Of a stretch of DNA of 64,000 nucleotides, positions 59,636 to 64,000 are shown piece by piece. A model generated the notes under the pieces. It did no database searches. It saw only the letters and a program-made list of their open reading frames with translations, and was not told where the DNA came from. How positions within the stretch are numbered: position 1 is the first letter of the stretch; each line of letters begins with the position of its first letter. Both the position numbers and the translations under genes were made by a program. The DNA is from Promethearchaeati archaeon (GTDB lineage: Archaea > Asgardarchaeota > Heimdallarchaeia > JABLTI01): contig JABLTI010000015.1 in the NCBI GenBank assembly GCA_013166835.1, positions 1 to 64,000 of the forward strand. The letters are read 5' to 3'.

Positions 59636-59787
59636 ATAATATTCCTTGTTCAAGTTATTTATTGTAAACTTCTATTTAAATCTAATATTTTCATCTCAAA
59701 ATACCACTACTGGACTACTAATTACTTTGAATTGTTTTTATTTAATATTGAATGAAATTGAGGTCTTAAAAAAATGAGACTTCTATT

Positions 59788-60258
59788 TCATTTCTTCTTA
59801 TTTCTGGTCTTTAAAGCATTTTGATAATAATCAAAACTGCAAACAGGGCATAAAGTATTGACTTGTAACCATTGAAATAGATGTTCTTCATGATAATAGG
59901 AGTGACAATTAGGGCAATTATGAACATCTTGGTTAATTTCGATATCCCTTTTGCAAACCATACAAATGTAGGTTTTAGATGTATCTTTCAACCTAAATGA
60001 CTTATATTGAGATTTAATAAATTCAATCTTTGTTTGAATGTCGGGTGGAGTTTTCCCTCTACGATAAACGATAAATAAGAAGATTAGTGAGATAGGACAA
60101 GTTATAACCAGAATTATTATGAAAACGAGCAATACTGTTGGAAACATACCTGATACAGTAGTTAAAATGATGATTGATGATATAGCTAATACTAAAAACA
60201 AGATTCCACAGTAAAGTAAGGATTTGCTTATTCTTTTAGTACTAATTATTATCCCCAA
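59788..60258 (-). CDS. membrane-anchored RING-finger protein (putative E3 ligase)
   Basis: Two TM helices; CMVC...CPNCHSYYHEEHLFQWL....CPVC. Confidence 0.82.
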   Translation of the reverse strand: MGIIISTKRISKSLLYCGILFLVLAISSIIILTTVSGMFPTVLLVFIIILVITCPISLIFLFIVYRRGKTPPDIQTKIEFIKSQYKSFRLKDTSKTYICMVCKRDIEINQDVHNCPNCHSYYHEEHLFQWLQVNTLCPVCSFDYYQNALKTRNKKK

Positions 60259-60778
60259 CTGACTTATGTTAACAATAATGTTGATTGGTAGTTACACATA
60301 TTTATAGATATTTTATTCAAGAAAGGGATGTGTTCCAAGATTAAGAAAAATTCAAGATTTTCTGAAAAATAATTAAATGCTCTTCTCGTAAGAACTTGTG
60401 CTTAATTGGTCTATACTAATTGAACAAAGTTTATGCTTGCAGAGGCACTTTACTTAACCTTAATAGATCTAACCAAAGAATTTCTGGTCTAAAACAAACT
60501 TTCATGTGGTTATATGATAATGGTTAATATCATATATTCTCTATTTAAAGGCATATATAAATAAAGAAGACTAAAATACAATCAGTATTCAGGTAATTTG
60601 GAACAGAAAATTGGTAAAAAGGGTAAATAACATAATTTGTCCCGTTGTAGCTAATATTTTAGCTCAAAGTAGCTATTCTGTGCTAATTTGATACACTTGC
60701 TTATACCAAAAAAGACTATAAATAGTAAATAATTCCTTTTTTAAGCAGTTCTTAGTTAAAGAAACTGGAGGATAAAAG

Positions 60779-62941
60779 ATGAGTTTCGATCCAACAGATC
60801 TTATACCTATTGAATATCGATCATTATTTGCAATAATTTCTCCTATAGAAAAATCAGGTATATTAAAGATAATAAGAGAAAAATATGCTGAAATGGAAGA
60901 CAAATATGAAGCGTTATTCCTTGGTTTAAAGAATTATTTAACAAAGTTTCAAGGTGAGGATATCTCTTCTCTAGTCTTTATTATGTTTGGACAAATTTCT
61001 TTGGATCTAACTAAAGAAAAAGATATTTCAAACATGGCTGCAGTATATCCATTTTCACCGGAAATGCAATATTATAATATCCAATTGCAAGTAGATAAGG
61101 GAATATTTGACAATATAGAACAAGTAATTTCAAAATCAAGATTAACTGAAGAAGACAGAAATAGGATTTTCAATAGGTTAGTTGCAGCTGATAAATTAGC
61201 AAGCATTATTCTAGATCTTCAAAGCTTTTTACTAGAGATTATGTTTCATGGGATGAAACAAGAATTCGATAAGATAGAGGAATTATCTCAAAAAGCGGAA
61301 GCAATTTGGAAGCGAGCTGTGAAATGGGTAGAAGCGAAAGAAGTTGTTTTTGTACAAGAATTAGCGATTCGTATGGTTTTACAGAAAAGCCAGATATTAA
61401 TGTCTGCACAAAATCTCGATGCAGCTCTTGCTTATTATGAACGAGCTGATATCAAGCAGGTATTGGAATTGAGTAAAAGCACAGTTATGAAAGCTAATAT
61501 TCTGCACGTAAGTGCTATGCTTTATTATAATGCTGGACAACCAACTAAAGGTTTAGACTATCTTGAGAAAGCGGAGAAATTACTAAGAAAAGTTCATGGA
61601 CGTCACTCCTGGAAATCTACTTTCTATCATAATTTAGCTTATATGTATACATTAACAGATTCCGACAGATGTGTAGAAGCTTATGAAAAATGCCTTGATT
61701 TAGTAGAAGGAACAGGCGATTATCAATCAATAGCTACTACACTAAGTAATCTAATAGGACTTCACAATCAAGCAAATAGAAAAGGAGAAGCAAGAAAGTA
61801 TCTAAAACGATTAGTAGAAATTCTAGATACAAGTGAAGAATTAGTGACTCCTTTCAGAGCTTATGCTGTTGCTTCAAATGCTATGACTCTAGATGATTAC
61901 GAATTAGCAGCAAAATATCTTAAGATATTAGAGGAAAAAGTTGCTCAAGCACCAACACTAATGAATAAGGCTATACTCGCAAGCTCAAAATTTGTATATT
62001 ATCTTGATGCAGAGATAAATTCCGAATTGGCATACAAATACGGGGAAGAATCACTCTATTATTTCAATAAACAAAAAGATTATCTCAATGCTTTAGCTTC
62101 AGTATACAATCTAGTAAATACTGATTTACAATTTTACAAAATATCTGAAAAGGAACGATATCTTAGTTCTGCAAAGAAGAGATTAAATGAATTATTAACA
62201 CTTGTTGGAGCATTAGACTTACCAGAATGGGTGGCTACAAAGAATGTTACACTTGCTGGATTTGAGATTCTCTCACAAAATTTGGACGCAGCAGAGAGAT
62301 TCATCAATGAAATACCTGATAGTGAAGATTCGCAAATAACTGCAAACAAGAAAATGATTTCACAATTACTTGAATTCTCAAGAAGAAAGAAATCTGAAGA
62401 AGAAAAAGATGAAAAAGAGATCCTATTCACTGAACCGCTGTTAAATGAAATTGCCACCAATAAAGATGCTGCGAAAGTCATGGTAATGCATGTTCTTGAG
62501 TCAACAATGGAAGAATTAGTACAATTACCACAACAAATCGATCCGATAAAAGCTGATATAAAATTAATTCTTCTAATTAATAATGCAGGATTAACTATTT
62601 ACACAAAAATCTTTGATACTCAGAAGATGAATCAACAATTGATTTCAAATTTCATTTCTGCAATTGATTCATTTGGTAAACAATTATTTGGAACTACAGA
62701 ACCCTATTTCTCCATAAGTAGAGGGAATAATATTATTCTTTATCAAAATGTGACTGATGACTTGAACCTAGCTCTTATTGTTAGCCAAGAGAACTATGAT
62801 GCAGTTATGAAACTAAATACCCTCTCAAAGGAAATATCTGAATTTATGATCGATAAATCTCTAATTCTAAATAAAGAACTCGAAGAATCATCTCCACTAT
62901 ATAACTGGTTAGAAGAAAAAGTTGCTGAATTACTCAGTTAA
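60779..62941 (+). CDS. TPR-repeat protein with C-terminal longin-like domain
   Basis: TPR-like helices; C-terminal LILLINNAGLTIYTK...LISNFISAIDSFGKQLFG is typical of Asgard longins. Confidence 0.75.
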   Translation: MSFDPTDLIPIEYRSLFAIISPIEKSGILKIIREKYAEMEDKYEALFLGLKNYLTKFQGEDISSLVFIMFGQISLDLTKEKDISNMAAVYPFSPEMQYYNIQLQVDKGIFDNIEQVISKSRLTEEDRNRIFNRLVAADKLASIILDLQSFLLEIMFHGMKQEFDKIEELSQKAEAIWKRAVKWVEAKEVVFVQELAIRMVLQKSQILMSAQNLDAALAYYERADIKQVLELSKSTVMKANILHVSAMLYYNAGQPTKGLDYLEKAEKLLRKVHGRHSWKSTFYHNLAYMYTLTDSDRCVEAYEKCLDLVEGTGDYQSIATTLSNLIGLHNQANRKGEARKYLKRLVEILDTSEELVTPFRAYAVASNAMTLDDYELAAKYLKILEEKVAQAPTLMNKAILASSKFVYYLDAEINSELAYKYGEESLYYFNKQKDYLNALASVYNLVNTDLQFYKISEKERYLSSAKKRLNELLTLVGALDLPEWVATKNVTLAGFEILSQNLDAAERFINEIPDSEDSQITANKKMISQLLEFSRRKKSEEEKDEKEILFTEPLLNEIATNKDAAKVMVMHVLESTMEELVQLPQQIDPIKADIKLILLINNAGLTIYTKIFDTQKMNQQLISNFISAIDSFGKQLFGTTEPYFSISRGNNIILYQNVTDDLNLALIVSQENYDAVMKLNTLSKEISEFMIDKSLILNKELEESSPLYNWLEEKVAELLS

Positions 62942-62978
62942 TTCAGCTTATCCATTATTTTTTTGAAGGCAATTAGGC

Positions 62979-63030
62979 AAGTCTCGTTTTTTTAAGACTT
63001 CACTCTTCGTCGATAAATCGACGAGAATAA
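62979..63030. repeat. bipartite palindromic element, inverted relative to the 58646 copy
   Basis: AAGTCTcgtttttttaAGACTTcactcTTCGTCGAtaaaTCGACGAgaataa. Confidence 0.8.
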
Positions 63031-63113
63031 CGACTCTTTAAACAAACATTTATATAAATACTCATCTAAGTAAAACGCTCTTTTTTATCAAAAAAAATAG
63101 CTAAAAAAGTGAT

Positions 63114-63599
63114 TTATTCATCACAATAGTCTCTGATATATTTAGAAGCGACTTCTAAAAGTGATGGAATGAAGATCTTTTCTTTACCAAGTAATTTTAA
63201 TGTAGATTTAGACATTTTTGATAAAAGGGAGTTTCTTTTGACAGCAAGTAAAATAAATCTATCATTGCAAGCAGGAAGATAAATTGATTTCATCCAAATC
63301 ATGTTAGTTTGAGTGACAAAATAGCTTAAGTCAACTCCTCCAACACCCAAATAATCTGATAATTTCTCTGCAGTATCAGTGATCAAACCAGAAGTTGCTG
63401 AAAAATTATCTCTATTATCCTGTGGATGCATTTCTTCAGCCATAAGTAAACCATTATTATCTGTTATAACACAAGACAGAAAATTACCCTTTTTCTTTAA
63501 TTCTAAGAGTATAATACTGAGAGCTGTGCTACGTGAAACATTAGACTTAGTTAACTTTTTCTTCAATATCTTATCAAATGCTGCTTCTGGGTTTCCCAT
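63114..63599 (-). CDS. Roadblock/LC7-domain protein
   Basis: LLELKKKGNFLSCVITDNNGLLMA...FSATSGLI. Confidence 0.78.
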   Translation of the reverse strand: MGNPEAAFDKILKKKLTKSNVSRSTALSIILLELKKKGNFLSCVITDNNGLLMAEEMHPQDNRDNFSATSGLITDTAEKLSDYLGVGGVDLSYFVTQTNMIWMKSIYLPACNDRFILLAVKRNSLLSKMSKSTLKLLGKEKIFIPSLLEVASKYIRDYCDE

Positions 63600-63764
63600 A
63601 ATTAATCACTATCAAGTTAATTTTACCTTAAAATAAAGGTAAGATTCACAGTGAATTTAGCGTATAATAATCTTATTCCATTTACATAAGATTGGCATTT
63701 TCGTGTAGATTCATAAGAAAATACTAATAGTAAATTTTCTAATTATTATTTTAGGTGTAAATTT

Positions 63765-64000
63765 TTGACAGATAAAAAACCGCTTGAGAAAATTGAAGGA
63801 ATGATTGCTACTTTAATGCAACAAATGAAAATCCCAGGATTAAGTTTGACAGTTGTAGATAAAGGTAAAGCAATTTATACTAGAGGAATTGGTGCGAGAT
63901 CATTAAAAGGAAATCTACCAGCAACACCAAATACTTTGTATGGTATTGGTTCTGTAACAAAATCGTTTACATGTGTAGCGTTACTGCAACTTGAAGAACA
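63765..64000 (+). CDS. serine hydrolase (beta-lactamase/AmpC-like family), N-terminal part
   Basis: Manual translation ...KIPGLSLTVVDKGK...TPNTLYGIGSVTKSFT with SxxK motif; AGGTG SD before the TTG. Confidence 0.88.
   Translation, partial: MTDKKPLEKIEGMIATLMQQMKIPGLSLTVVDKGKAIYTRGIGARSLKGNLPATPNTLYGIGSVTKSFTCVALLQLEE

Noticed and set aside
60260-60778. Possible fourth decayed RING gene or ncRNA in the 500-bp gap
   Set aside because: Only scattered Cys codons; no recoverable motif or convincing stem
57934-63030. CRISPR array or integron attC cassettes
   Set aside because: Copies are irregularly spaced kilobases apart and in mixed orientation; no RYYYAAC/GTTRRRY ends, integrase or cas genes seen
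418-63636. Numerous short ORFs antisense to or overlapping long genes (e.g. 3533-3874, 28854-29267, 53196-53699, 62134-62481)
   Set aside because: Shadow ORFs of well-supported genes, without motifs or SD signals

Overview
AT-rich, gene-dense archaeal DNA that is almost certainly from an Asgard archaeon, probably Heimdallarchaeia-like (inferred from gene content only). It carries housekeeping and metabolic genes: leuC/leuD-type dehydratase, valS, a DRG GTPase, ferredoxin plus aldehyde:ferredoxin oxidoreductase, icd, aconitase, bacterial-type citrate lyase citDEFX, a NifX/MinD-ferredoxin cluster, and DegV paralogues. It also has secreted or surface proteins and many eukaryote-signature-like genes: profilin, a Rab-like GTPase, two Roadblock proteins, a TPR-longin protein, a DENN/folliculin-like protein, membrane RING proteins, and TM2/DUF4234 proteins. 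Best leads: (1) profilin convergent with a 1021-aa coiled-coil/polyproline/triple PRC-barrel protein, a candidate profilin-actin recruiting scaffold; (2) a DENN-like + Rab-like + Roadblock (+ longin) GTPase-regulation neighbourhood; (3) an icd-acn-citDEFX operon; (4) a surface-protein gene flanked by a diverged duplicate of the AOR 3' end; (5) a bipartite palindromic repeat around a RING-gene array; (6) a structured intergenic RNA candidate at about 7.1-7.3 kb. I recognised no tRNA, rRNA, CRISPR array or transposase. All family calls come from reading motifs by eye, not from database searches.
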